Below are positions 51,787 through 63,256 of a DNA stretch of 64,000 nt, piece by piece. This DNA comes from Octopus vulgaris (Eukaryota). Below the pieces are notes generated by a model, which did not search any database, was not told the DNA's origin, and saw nothing but the letters and a program-made list of their open reading frames with translations. The first letter of the stretch is position 1, and each line of letters begins with the position of its first letter. The stretch lies in the NCBI GenBank assembly GCA_951406725.2, contig OX597835.1:21762001-21826000 (forward strand), given 5' to 3'. The position numbers were made by a program, and so were the translations under genes.

Positions 51787-52385
51787 GAGGCGGCGAGCGG
51801 GCAGAAACGTTAGCACGCCGGGCAAAATGCTTAGCGGTATTTCGTCTGCCATTACGTTCTGAGTTCAAATTCCGCCAAGGTCGACTTTGCCTTTCATCCT
51901 TTCGAGGTCGATAAATTAAGTACCAGTTACGAACTGGGGTCGATGTAATCGACTTAATACCTATGTCTGTCCTTGTTTGTCCCCTCTGTGTTTAGCCCCT
52001 TGTGGGTAATAAAGAAATAGGTATTTTGTCTGCCATTACGTTCTGAGTTCAAATTCCGCCAAGGTCGACTTTGCCTTTCATCCTTTCGGGGTCGATTAAA
52101 TAAGTACCAGTTACACACTGGTGTCGATATAATCGACTTAATCCGTTTGTTTGTCCTCTCTGTGTTTAGCCCCTTGTGGGTAATAAAGAAATAGGTATTT
52201 CGTCTGCCATTACGTTCTGAGTTCAAATTCCGCCAAGGTCGACTTTGCCTTTCATCCTTTCGGGGTCGATTAAATAAGTACCAGTTACACACTGGTGTCG
52301 ATATAATTGACTTAATCCGTTTGTCTGTCCTTGTTTGTCCTCTCTGTGTTTAGCCCCTTGTGGGTAGTAAAGAAATAGGTATTTA
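51787..52385 (+). mobile_element. Family A SINE trimer (one head plus three bodies)
   Basis: The body restarts twice at AAAGAAATAG-GTATTT(C/T)GTCTGCC. A similar dimer lies at 44805-45190. Confidence 0.9.
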
Positions 52386-52946
52386 GTTAATAAAAAATCA
52401 AACATTAACCAATGTGCTCGCCTATTTTCCTAAGATTGCAGGCTGTGAACACTAGCGTAGCTAGAGTGTGTGCCGCCCCCGGACCCCACAAAAAACACAA
52501 GTTGTCTATCTACAGCAATAGCGTACAACAGGATGAAAAGTGCCGCACGGGCCGGGTCGCCCCTACTACCCCCATCAGCTACGCTAGCGGCTGTGAATTC
52601 GTGTAAGATTTCGTTGTTATTTCTAGCATTTCAAGCGACTACCTAAAAGCTTCCTTATCAACTTATTCGTATATTTACTTTCCACTTGTTGTGATAGCGG
52701 CGGCGGTGGTGGTGTTTGGTTGCCAATTACAACCTTATAATGTTACTTTAATAGTCCTCCTCTCGCGTAGTTGCTGTCATTAAGAACTTCCTGCTCACTC
52801 TGTGTTTTATTTTTAATTATTATGTCCCGTAATTCACTTCACAGTAACCACTCAACCAACAGATGGAGCAGTTTTTCCAGTTCCTGGAATTGTAGTTTTC
52901 TCTAGATCAGGACGTATTTTATTTGTGTTTTTGTTCAGCTAGAAAT

Positions 52947-55202
52947 ATGATCGTTCATTTGTCCTCCGCGAAACATTCGCACGATTTAGTCGTTCCAATC
53001 GATAAAAGATGTAATGTTCTTTTCTCTACGAACATCGAAGAGTTTGATCATATAATTTGGTGGAAGGGTCTTTTAATTCAAGAAATTTTCATATGCTGTC
53101 ATACGTTTACCGTCCAAGTGAGGAAGAACACAGAACGATCGCTTTTGGATGATACTATCAACGGACTTACTGATAAAAAAACTTTGAGACGTCTTTCTGT
53201 GGAACAAGCAAGACAACAACAACAGCAAGAAGATAAAGAAGATGATGGTATATTATATACGACAGATACACTTTTAACTCGGGAGCAGATTGAGGAAACT
53301 GGAGCCATTCTTTTCAAGCATTCACGTAAGAAGATATCGAATGTAGTTCTTGGAATGTACGTAATGAAATTGCTTTACTGTTATATTCTACCTCGTTTGT
53401 TAATAACCCTAGAAGACCTTCCATTTCTAAAAGCTCTGCAACAACTCATAAATAAGGAATATTTTGTCATTCAAAAGGAAATTATGGATAATGATTGTAA
53501 AATTCTGCAAACGACAAACGAACTCGCTAAAAAACGAGAGATATTGTGTTCTTTCACCGAACCTCACCAAGACAGTTTCTTTGCTGCTATTGACAAATCG
53601 TTTCTGGAGACCCTTCGTTCACATTTTATTAACGATTTATCTTACATGGAAGAACACTATATGGCATCACAAATGCAGATAAAGGAGTCGAAAAACAATT
53701 CGGATAAAAGAAATACCTTGTATTTTGAGCAAATGGAAAGTCAAAGAATTATTGAACGGACACAGAGATGGAAAAAAATATTAACAAAAATCAACCACAG
53801 ACTCAGAGAACCCCTGAAACAGTCTAAAAGGAAAAGTATAAAGTTGGAAAATAATATACTGGAACTTTGCGATTACTCAAAAATTTTCCAAGATGTTAAA
53901 GAGTGCAAAATGAAAATGAAAATGGATTGCTTTTACAAAATTAAAATTCTTGCTATTGGCGAATTGATTAAAACATCTGTTTACGAAGTTGAAACATTTT
54001 GCGAATCTTTAGGGACCAGTAATAAGAGGAATACTATTTCCAGCTTTTTGGTAACTTACGACCATGATGTGTCTTCACATTGGCAAACATGCGAAGAGAA
54101 AATTCTTATTGTTTTAACGAACCATAATGAAATTCGACAGAAGCATTTAGACTTTATTAGCGAAATAAATGGAAAGGTTTCTCTTTCCCTGTCGGACGAT
54201 ACTATCTTCAGATTAGCAGACACTGATCGGTTCGATGTAAAAAGTTGTGATATTGTTGGCCAAGCTGAAAATCTAGCTGGAAGATTTGGTCCCGGAGAAG
54301 AAAGTAGTTTCCCGCAACCGTTCAGTGAACTTACAGAGTTGACATTTATGCAACTCAAAGAGAGGATTTCTGAACATGTCTATCAAATGCACGAGGAATT
54401 AATCACAATTTCAGAACTTGAAAAGAGCGAACAAAAAATGATTTTTGTTATTTATGAAGATCTGTTATTTAACGAAATCATGGAAGATTTATACAAATTG
54501 TCCAAGATTGCCTGTAAATCTTATTGCAGGTGCATTTGGGAAAAAGTGAGTACTTTGCCTTTTAGTAGTTTGCCTATAAGCGAAGTATTTACGAAGATTG
54601 AAAAACGAATGTCGAGGTTAAGTCGTTATCACAGAAGCAAAAGTATATTCGATTTTCAAAACTCTTTCCCCTCTCTTAGTTTTGAATCTGCTTTGAAATC
54701 CAAGTCGATATCAACTCTGTATAAGGTGGCCGACATAGATGAACAATGCCAAGTGCTTCAGACACTTGATTTAGAAACGAAACCAACATCGAAAAGAAAC
54801 AGTTCCGTTTACGTAAGACGTGACACAATAACCCTTGAAGAATTCTGCGAACACTTCAAACCGGCCTTGATGAATATCAAGGAAATTTTAAAATCTCCTA
54901 CCATCCTGTCAAAGCTTCACGCCATTCAACTGTCAGTAAAATGCATATCTAACTGCATCCTTGATAACCAGAAAAGGCCTGCCACGGCTGACGATATAAT
55001 TACTTCTTTGTGTGGATTACTTAAGTCACTCAATAAGGAACAGTTCCAGACATTGTGCTATCAGTTGGCGTTGGTGGACATTTTTATTCCACAGTCACAT
55101 CGGATTGGACCCTATGGTAACTCCCTAATTCACTTTAACTGTTCATTACAGGCTCTCTATATTGAGAGTTGTAACGAAATTAGGCACCACGCCCAGTTCT
55201 GA
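52947..55202 (+). CDS. Intronless ~751-aa protein with a divergent C-terminal VPS9 (Rab5-family GEF) domain, VPS9D1-like
   Basis: Only long, repeat-free ORF in the window. The C-terminus FKPALMNIKEILKSPTILSKLHAI..PATADDIITSL..LALVDIFIP..IGPYGNSLIHFNCSL follows the VPS9 pattern (KL..I, ADD, F....G..G..L). Possible tttttgttcag acceptor at 52938, so the true start may be upstream. AATAAA at 55835-55840. Confidence 0.8.
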   Translation: MIVHLSSAKHSHDLVVPIDKRCNVLFSTNIEEFDHIIWWKGLLIQEIFICCHTFTVQVRKNTERSLLDDTINGLTDKKTLRRLSVEQARQQQQQEDKEDDGILYTTDTLLTREQIEETGAILFKHSRKKISNVVLGMYVMKLLYCYILPRLLITLEDLPFLKALQQLINKEYFVIQKEIMDNDCKILQTTNELAKKREILCSFTEPHQDSFFAAIDKSFLETLRSHFINDLSYMEEHYMASQMQIKESKNNSDKRNTLYFEQMESQRIIERTQRWKKILTKINHRLREPLKQSKRKSIKLENNILELCDYSKIFQDVKECKMKMKMDCFYKIKILAIGELIKTSVYEVETFCESLGTSNKRNTISSFLVTYDHDVSSHWQTCEEKILIVLTNHNEIRQKHLDFISEINGKVSLSLSDDTIFRLADTDRFDVKSCDIVGQAENLAGRFGPGEESSFPQPFSELTELTFMQLKERISEHVYQMHEELITISELEKSEQKMIFVIYEDLLFNEIMEDLYKLSKIACKSYCRCIWEKVSTLPFSSLPISEVFTKIEKRMSRLSRYHRSKSIFDFQNSFPSLSFESALKSKSISTLYKVADIDEQCQVLQTLDLETKPTSKRNSSVYVRRDTITLEEFCEHFKPALMNIKEILKSPTILSKLHAIQLSVKCISNCILDNQKRPATADDIITSLCGLLKSLNKEQFQTLCYQLALVDIFIPQSHRIGPYGNSLIHFNCSLQALYIESCNEIRHHAQF

Positions 55203-55281
55203 TTAATTAACCATATTTTGAATCGAATCTTCATATGTATTCTTTACATTAATTAACATCATTCACACACTCCCATGTTCA

Positions 55282-55354
<73 letters not shown>

Positions 55355-55615
55355 TGTGTGTGAGAGAGAGATAGAGAGAGGGTGTGTGTGTGTGTGTGTC
55401 AACGTTTCATTGATTTATAAACTATCGAAACATTCAAGAGAACATAAAATAATTCACCTTTTGGAACAGTGAATCTCGAAGCGCGTGAATCTATAAACAA
55501 TGGCATGTAAATGTTGGGTTGAAAAAACCCTATTGGACTGAAAAATATATACATTATATTATTTATAACATAAAGTGCTTCGATATCCTCTATTCCAAAA
55601 AAGATTATGTATGTA

Positions 55616-55777
55616 CCGTATTTTAACGTGTATAAGGAACCCATTTTTGTAAAAATTAGGTTAAAAAAAATATGGGAGCTTCTTATACATGGATAGTATT
55701 GTAATGCCTTACAAAACCTTTTTTCCAAATTTTAAGCCCCTAAAATTAGGGGTTTCCATATACACGTTAAAATACGG
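55616..55777. mobile_element. TA-flanked pogo/Tigger-like MITE in the putative 3' UTR
   Basis: TA-CCGTATTTTAACGTGTATA ... TATACACGTTAAAATACGG-TA. Confidence 0.85.
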
Positions 55778-55958
55778 TATGTATGGCGCCAAACACTGCC
55801 GTGCTTATAATTATAATTTTGGAAAATGCTTGTTAATAAACTAAATATAAAGAAATGTATTCAAAACAAGGAAGTAAATATTATTTGCTGTTGTTGTATC
55901 GCTGTTGGTATTTTGAACATAAAATCAAGCAAGCTTCACCTTCCTAATATGTGTTTGA

Positions 55959-56290
<332 letters not shown>

Positions 56291-56450
56291 GTATATATAG
56301 TGCCTTTACATACGTGTATGTGTGTACTGTTTCTGTCAGCACATATTTATTAACATTAATGTACATATTCGCTCGTCGCATATTTCATATGTACATACAT
56401 GCAACATTATTCATTCACATACACATACACACACATACATACACCATATA

Positions 56451-56490
<40 letters not shown>

Positions 56491-57007
56491 TGTTAAATAA
56501 TGGGACACTCACTCACGCATGCACGTACGCCCGCGCTCGAAACAAACGTAAGGTGTGGCTGTGTATTAAGTAGGTTGCTTACCAGCCACATGGTTCCGGT
56601 TTCAGTCCCACTGCGTGGCACCTTGGGCAAGTGTCTTCTACTATACTCTTGGGCCGACCAAAGCCTTGTAAGTGCATTTGGTAGATGGAAACTGAACGAA
56701 GCCTGTCGTATATATTTATACTTATATATGTGTTTATGTTTATGTTTTCCAGTTTCAGCTCTTGAGCTGTGGCAATGCTGGGGCACTGTATCTATCTATG
56801 TGTGTGTGTGTCTATTTTTCCCCATCGCCACTTAACAACCGGTGTTGGTGTGTTTACGTCCTTGTAACTTAACAGTTCAGCGAAAGACACCGATAGAATA
56901 AGTGCTGGGCTTAATAAATATGTCCTGGGATCGATTTTGTTCGACTAAAATCCTTCAAGGCGTTGCTCCAACATGGCCGTAGTGAAATGACTTAAATAAA
57001 AGAAGAT

Positions 57008-57055
<48 letters not shown>

Positions 57056-57400
57056 TAGTTATGGTCGGTCTATGGGGTGCTTAGTAAAGCACTTTATGGT
57101 CGTGAAACCCAGAGTAACCCTTTGAACCGGCCATAACTATCTTTATCGAATTACCCTACCACTCTATAACTTAGAGTGTGTACCTCTTCCGAATTTATGA
57201 TTCACTGACGATTTGTATTATGTTATATATAGGCGTAGGCGTGGCTAATTGGTAAGAAGCTTGCTTCCCAATCTCATGACTCCGGGTTCAGTCCCAATAT
57301 GTGGCATCTTGGGCAAGTGTCTTTTGCTATAGCCTCGGGATGACCAAGTCTTGTAAGTAGATTCCGCAGAGGGAAACTGAAAGAAGCCCGTCATATATAC

Positions 57401-57434
<34 letters not shown>

Positions 57435-58487
57435 CTTTATGTCTGTGTTTGTCTCGCCACCATCGCTTGACAGCCGATGTTGGTGTGTTTATGTCTCTGT
57501 AACTTCGCAAAAAAGTAACCGATAGAATAAGTACTAGTCTTACAAAGAATAAGCCCTGGGGTCGATTTCTTCGACTAAAGCCCTTTAAGGCGATGTTTCA
57601 GCATGACCGAAGTCAAATGACTGAAACAAATAAAAGAATATATATATATTTGTTTGTTTGTTCCTTCTCGAGCCATGCCTGGCTCATAAAGGCCGGTTTC
57701 CTGGTTTCCTTGGCGTATAGGTTCCCAACCTGGACGGGACACCGGTCCGTCGCAGGTGAGCTGCTAGATGCAGGAAGAAAGAGCGAGAGAAAGTTGTGGC
57801 AAAGGGTCAGCAAAAGTTCACCATTACCTTTTGCCAGTCTGAGGTTCGAACCCGCGATTCCTCGACAGCGAGTCCGCTGCTTTAACCACGAGGCCATGTA
57901 CCTACACACACACACACACATATACTTCGCTTTTGTATTTGGTTTACATGATTCTTGCTATGAATTCGTGTGTTGAAACAAAATTTTTTTTGTGTATTGG
58001 GTGAATCTGGCAAGAAAACAAAATAGATATACATTTACATATACATATATGGTTCAAATTTACAGAAAACGAAAGACAGAAACAGGTGTAGGAACGACAA
58101 GCAGATGTATTAGTTTAACGCTTGGGAAGAATGGAAAGGTCTTTGACGTTTCGAGTCTACGCTCACAACAGAAAGGATTGAGAGAAAAAGAAGAAAACGG
58201 AGAGAGCGAAAATAAAAAACGAGGGAAAAAACTGTGTAGGGATTAACGGTTCAAACATGTATGTATGTATGTATAAACTATTTTATTGAAGCAGAGAAAA
58301 GACTTTGATGAACGGTTACATGAAAACCCGAGTAACAATTTGTAAAGGTTTTTTTTTTATTGCTTTTTTTTTTTGCTTCAATAAATAGTATTTTATTCTA
58401 CCTTTGGTATTCGAGTACTATTTTTCTCCACTTCGTTTTGCTTCTTTGTTCTTAGTTCTGTGTGTGTGTGTGTGTGGTGTACATGTA

Positions 58488-58597
58488 CGACGAGGTGCTG
58501 AATAGTTCTTGGCTTTAAAGGTGTCGCGAAGGGCCTGGCTGGAGACCCACTTTTCTTTTACAAGGCTTAGAAAAAATTAACATTTCAACATCCCTCG
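58488..58597. mobile_element. Deleted mariner-like MITE
   Basis: TA-CGACGAGGTGCTGAATAGTTC ... TTTCAACATCCCTCG-TA; related to 63038-63256. Confidence 0.6.
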
Positions 58598-58627
58598 TAT
58601 ATATGTGTGTGTATGTATGTATGTATG

Positions 58628-58658
<31 letters not shown>

Positions 58659-58849
58659 ATATATATATATATATACGTATGTATGTATGTGTGTGTGTGT
58701 GTACTCATATATTCTTTTATGCGTTTGAGCCCAAAGGCTGTGACCATGTTGGGGCACCACCAGTACCTTGCATTTTCGGTGGCCCTTCTCTGTGATTGGC
58801 TTTTGGGAAAAGAGTTCGTTATTGCTATTTTCTTTTGAGTTTCTTGTCA

Positions 58850-59045
58850 AGATGTAAGTTTGTCCAGTTGCTCTTTGAAAGCATCTACATCTAACCCCCA
58901 CTCACACTCCATGTAGATCTTTCAGATTTTTTGTTAAGTTATTAATTAGCTGTGGGCCTTTGTATTTCAGCTGATTGCAGTACCTGGCCCCGCACTCTAC
59001 ACGTGCTGTGTGGAATCTTTGGAACAGTGCAACGACGTCCTGTGT
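58850..59045 (-). mobile_element. CR1-group LINE ORF2 3' fragment
   Basis: Translation YCNQLKYKGPQLINNLTKNLKDLHGV resembles the CR1/Crack C-terminal pattern GP.LFN.LP..IR. Confidence 0.5.
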
Positions 59046-59046
59046 A

Positions 59047-59096
<50 letters not shown>

Positions 59097-59181
59097 TAAT
59101 CCAAACAAGAAAACACAAAAAAACACAACAACGCGAGGACGTGGAACAAATATAGTATTATTGGACGCTCAGGAAAGGAGG

Positions 59182-59216
59182 ATTTAACGTTTCGAGCGGA
59201 GCTCTTCGTCGGAAAC
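59182..59216 (-). ncRNA. Minimal hammerhead motif (U4C core), fourth copy of the family
   Basis: Reverse strand: GTTT-CCGACGA-A-GAGC(TCC)GCTC-GAAA-C-GTT-AAAT. The element (~59093-59300) sits between (TA)n tracts. Confidence 0.65.
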
Positions 59217-59496
59217 ATAGGAGAAGGAAAGATCCAGAGAAGGGAAGACAGAGGAAAAAAAATCGCCAACGGTACACACGAGGTCACATTTTGAAAGCAT
59301 ATATATATATTTCGTTTTGGGATTTGGTTTGCAATATTGTTTATGTGAGTTCGTGTATTGAAGCATATTCTGTTGTGTCCACGAAAATTTTTAAAAAATA
59401 AAAAAGAAATAAGTGGAAATTTTATCGGTGAGTGTGTAAATTATAAGGCACCAAAAGAGAATGACTCTCCCCAGACACAAAAGTATATACATACAT

Positions 59497-59568
<72 letters not shown>

Positions 59569-59809
59569 TACTGTGAATAAAAACCAGGGTGCGTTGTTGT
59601 GTAGGCACGAAATTGCGTCATTACCCTCTGGTCAATAACTGATGAGGAATTAGGGACCTTTCTATGTTTCCCGTTCGCTTGTGCATTTATTATATGTTTT
59701 TTTAACTTGCCATTCTGTGTTTTCGTTTGCGCATTTACTATACATTTTTTTCATTTATATGTGTGTATGTATATGTATGTGTATATATGTATATGTATTT
59801 ATATATATA

Positions 59810-60197
59810 CTAGCAGTATCGCCCGGCGTTGCTCAGGTTTGTAAGGGAAATAACTATAAAGCATCTTTAGAGAGTTATAGCCAAAAAATAGCAAAAAAAT
59901 GGAAAAAAAATGATCGTAAATTTTTTTTGAGAGTAAAAAAAGGTTGAGTTGCGTCCCCTAGACAGTCTGTGGTTTGTTTTTTTTTATTCTCGACCCCATG
60001 TCGAATTTATCGATTTTTTTCAGAACTGGGGGAACTTTTCAAAATTTTCGCTGCGTTAGTTTTGAATTATGACATTGGGCTATGCGTGTGTCAAGTTTCA
60101 TCAGAATCGGTTGAAAGCCGTGGTCAGGGTGAGGGTACGAGAAAACAGACACACAGAAACACGCACAGACAAACTGCCGTTTATATATAGAGAGAGA
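59810..60197 (-). mobile_element. Non-autonomous Helitron
   Basis: Reverse strand: A^TC..TATATATAAA start, subterminal hairpin CCTGAGCAACGCCGGG, CTAG^T end. Confidence 0.75.
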
Positions 60198-60539
60198 TAT
60201 GTGTGTGTGTGTGTGTGTGTGTGTGTAGGGGCTTCATTGCAGCTATGGCGTGGATTCGATCCTCGATCGCCAAATGTCACTTAACTGTTTAACAGCACTT
60301 TTCTCACTATAAAACAAGTTTTTTTTTTTGTGAGTGACAGCAGTTACATTTACCAAATTATGTCTCTGCCACTAGGTTATCCTTAAAAAGACGGTTTGCT
60401 GAAGACTGGAATGTCTTTGATGATAGGTTTGCTGTATCAGGGTTAATTTGAGGCTAAATAACAAAAAAATTATGATCCTTAGGGAAAATCGTGCGGGTGG
60501 AAAGATCAATAGGGGGTGGGGGTTAAATTTCCGAGGCTT

Positions 60540-60880
60540 CCACCTCACCTCACCCTGTTTTTCGGACCTCAAAAAGGGTTTTGTAGCATATTTGGAGATC
60601 ACAGGAGCTTTAGGTGTTTTCGCTCAATAAACACTCACAACGCCCGGTCTGGGAATCGAAACCGCGATCCCACAACCGCGAGTCTGCTGCCATATGTATG
60701 TATGGAGGCGCAATGGCCCAGTGATTAGGGCAGCGGACTCGCGGTTGTAGGATCGCGGTTTCGATTCCCAGACCGGGCGTTTTGAGTGTTTATTGAGCGA
60801 AAACACCTAAAGCTCCTGTGATCTCCAAATATGCTACAAAACCCTTTTTGAGGTCCGAAAAACAGGATGAGGTGAGGTGG
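60540..60880. repeat. Fold-back inverted duplication (~152-bp arms)
   Basis: 60540-60691 is mirrored by 60729-60880. Each arm = family D SINE 5' part plus ~65 bp flank. Confidence 0.92.
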
Positions 60881-61308
60881 ACAGGTTATAGGAACATAAA
60901 CCTTCTTCCACGAAAAGATAGCTTAAACTGTGCTCCTAATGGAGGTGTAGTCAAATCCTATTTTATGGACTCAACCATGTTCTAAAATAAGTCGAAAGGT
61001 AAGCTACTATAAATCGGCACGAACTTTCCGGACAACCCATTATATATATTTTTTTCATAGTATCATTGGCCTAGCGTTCACTTCTACCAAGCATGGTAGA
61101 TGAAGCGAAGCATAGTCCTAAAAGTAGGCCAAAGTTGTTTTAAATGTTTGCACAAATTCATAAGTACTATAAGAGTTTACCATTCCACTCGTTTCAAGGA
61201 GAAAGTTCTTAGTTTTAGAGGTATTCATTTAATTTTGATTTATTATTTGTTTTTTGTTTTCATAGTTGTTATTGTAATAATTTATAATTTTTCTTACTAT
61301 ATCAAGTA

Positions 61309-61697
61309 CTAGCAGTATCGCCCGGCGTTGCTCGGGTTTGTAAGGGAAATAACTATATAAGCATTTTTAGAGATGTTAAGTATAATAGCCATCTCAATAT
61401 GGTTAACCACAAAGAGGGGGGGTGTTACTGTAGCTTTTTACGTTCTGAGATTTAATAAATTTTTAGAGAGTTACTTCCCTTATATATGCCAAAAATGCAT
61501 TAAAAATGTGAAAAATTTATGGTAATTTTTTTTTAAATCGTAGACTCATCGTAGACGTGCGCTAATACCCAGAAGGGCTCGATATGAATCACGACTATAA
61601 GATACTCGGTTTTGGTTAAACCGCAAAATGTGGGAGTAGTTAGGAATCTAAATCGTAGGAGACAGACAGCACACAACCTCACTTTTATATATAAAGA
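61309..61697 (-). mobile_element. Non-autonomous Helitron (same 3' end as 59810-60197, different body)
   Basis: Reverse strand: A^TCTTTATATATAAAAG ... CCCGAGCAACGCCGGG-CGATACTG-CTAG^T. Confidence 0.8.
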
Positions 61698-61950
61698 TAA
61701 TACGTCTATTTGAATTTTTTTTAAAGAATAATACGTTTAAATAATATTGTAGATCTTCTCCTTGCTTATTCTATGGAAACTATGCAGTCCCGAATAGAAC
61801 AATCGGTTTACCAAGCGAGAAAAGTTACCAGGGCCAAGCAAATTATTGTTAGCCCGGGTTCCACACAAGGAAAGTTGTAGCAAGCCAGCATCTGAAACTA
61901 ACTTGGGAGAAAACATGGTAACTGCCAGGATTATATATCCCTTTAAATTC

Positions 61951-62088
<138 letters not shown>

Positions 62089-62563
62089 ATTCAGTTGAAT
62101 ATGGTACTTAAAAGTATAAAAATAAATCTTTTCAATCTTTTCAATTTAACTAAATTCTATATTTATATGCAGCTGAGGATTGGTTTACAATTTAAAACTG
62201 CTGTAATACTTGCATTGTTTAATTAAATGGAGTCGCATGAAACGATCGTACTGCATTACCTTTGGATATCCTTGTTGCTTATTTTGGATATATATATTCA
62301 GTCCTGCAAAGGACTTTTACGTTCTTGGACACTCTTTTGCACTAATGCGGCAACGATGGACGCCTCTTGCAACAGATGTTCAAAGAGGTTACACCCTCGC
62401 TGACACACGCTTCCATTCTATCAGGGAATTTTTCATTGAGTATTTTGCATTTTTGTTGAGAGCATCTCTATTATATGTGCAACATATAATAATAGAAATG
62501 CTGAAAAATCAAGTGGTACTTGTGCTTGAAGCCTTTTAAAGTGAAGAAAGTCCTTACACGCGT

Positions 62564-62635
<72 letters not shown>

Positions 62636-63037
62636 CGGCAACGTATGCATCTGCCCCCAAAAGAAGAAGTAGTCTACATCATTAGATGCAAACGAAGTGA
62701 TAGATGTTACATCAGACTTTTCATTCCCCCCAATGGATGTTGAAACAATGACTGGTGGTCTCTCACTCTCAGCTGTTTGCTGTCCGTTGACTCTCCCGAG
62801 TTCGTCTGACCTCGTAGGTGTTGCTTTTTGCCCTACAGAATATTCGATGATACCACCTTCCTTACCAAACCTGACTTGATAGAGTTTCCAGTTTAGTCGC
62901 CGACTGCCCGACCATGCAACGAGGTAACCCTCACACACACATGTACATACATACATACATACATACATACATACATACATACATACGTACATACATACAT
63001 ACATACATACATACATACATACATACATACATACATA

Positions 63038-63256
63038 CGAAGGGGTGCTGAAAAGTTCCTGGTTTTGGATAAAAGAAAAATACAGGAGGATCATTTAATT
63101 ATGATTTTATTCAACATATTCCCCTCTCAGATTCACATGCTTATTGCAGTGGTCCTTCAGTTTTTCTAAGCCCTATAAAAGAACTCGGAAAGCTGGGCAT
63201 CCGACCCGGGCCTTTCGCGACACCCTTAAAACCAGGAACATTTCAGTACACTCTCG
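63038..63256. mobile_element. TA-flanked mariner-like MITE
   Basis: TA-CGAAGGGGTGCTGAAAAGTTCCTGGTTT ... AAACCAGGAACATTTCAGTACACTCTCG-TA. Confidence 0.8.

Noticed and set aside
59586-59665. Permuted hammerhead (GCACGAAATTGCGTC...CTGATGAGG)
   Set aside because: Core pieces are present, but stems I and II do not pair in register.
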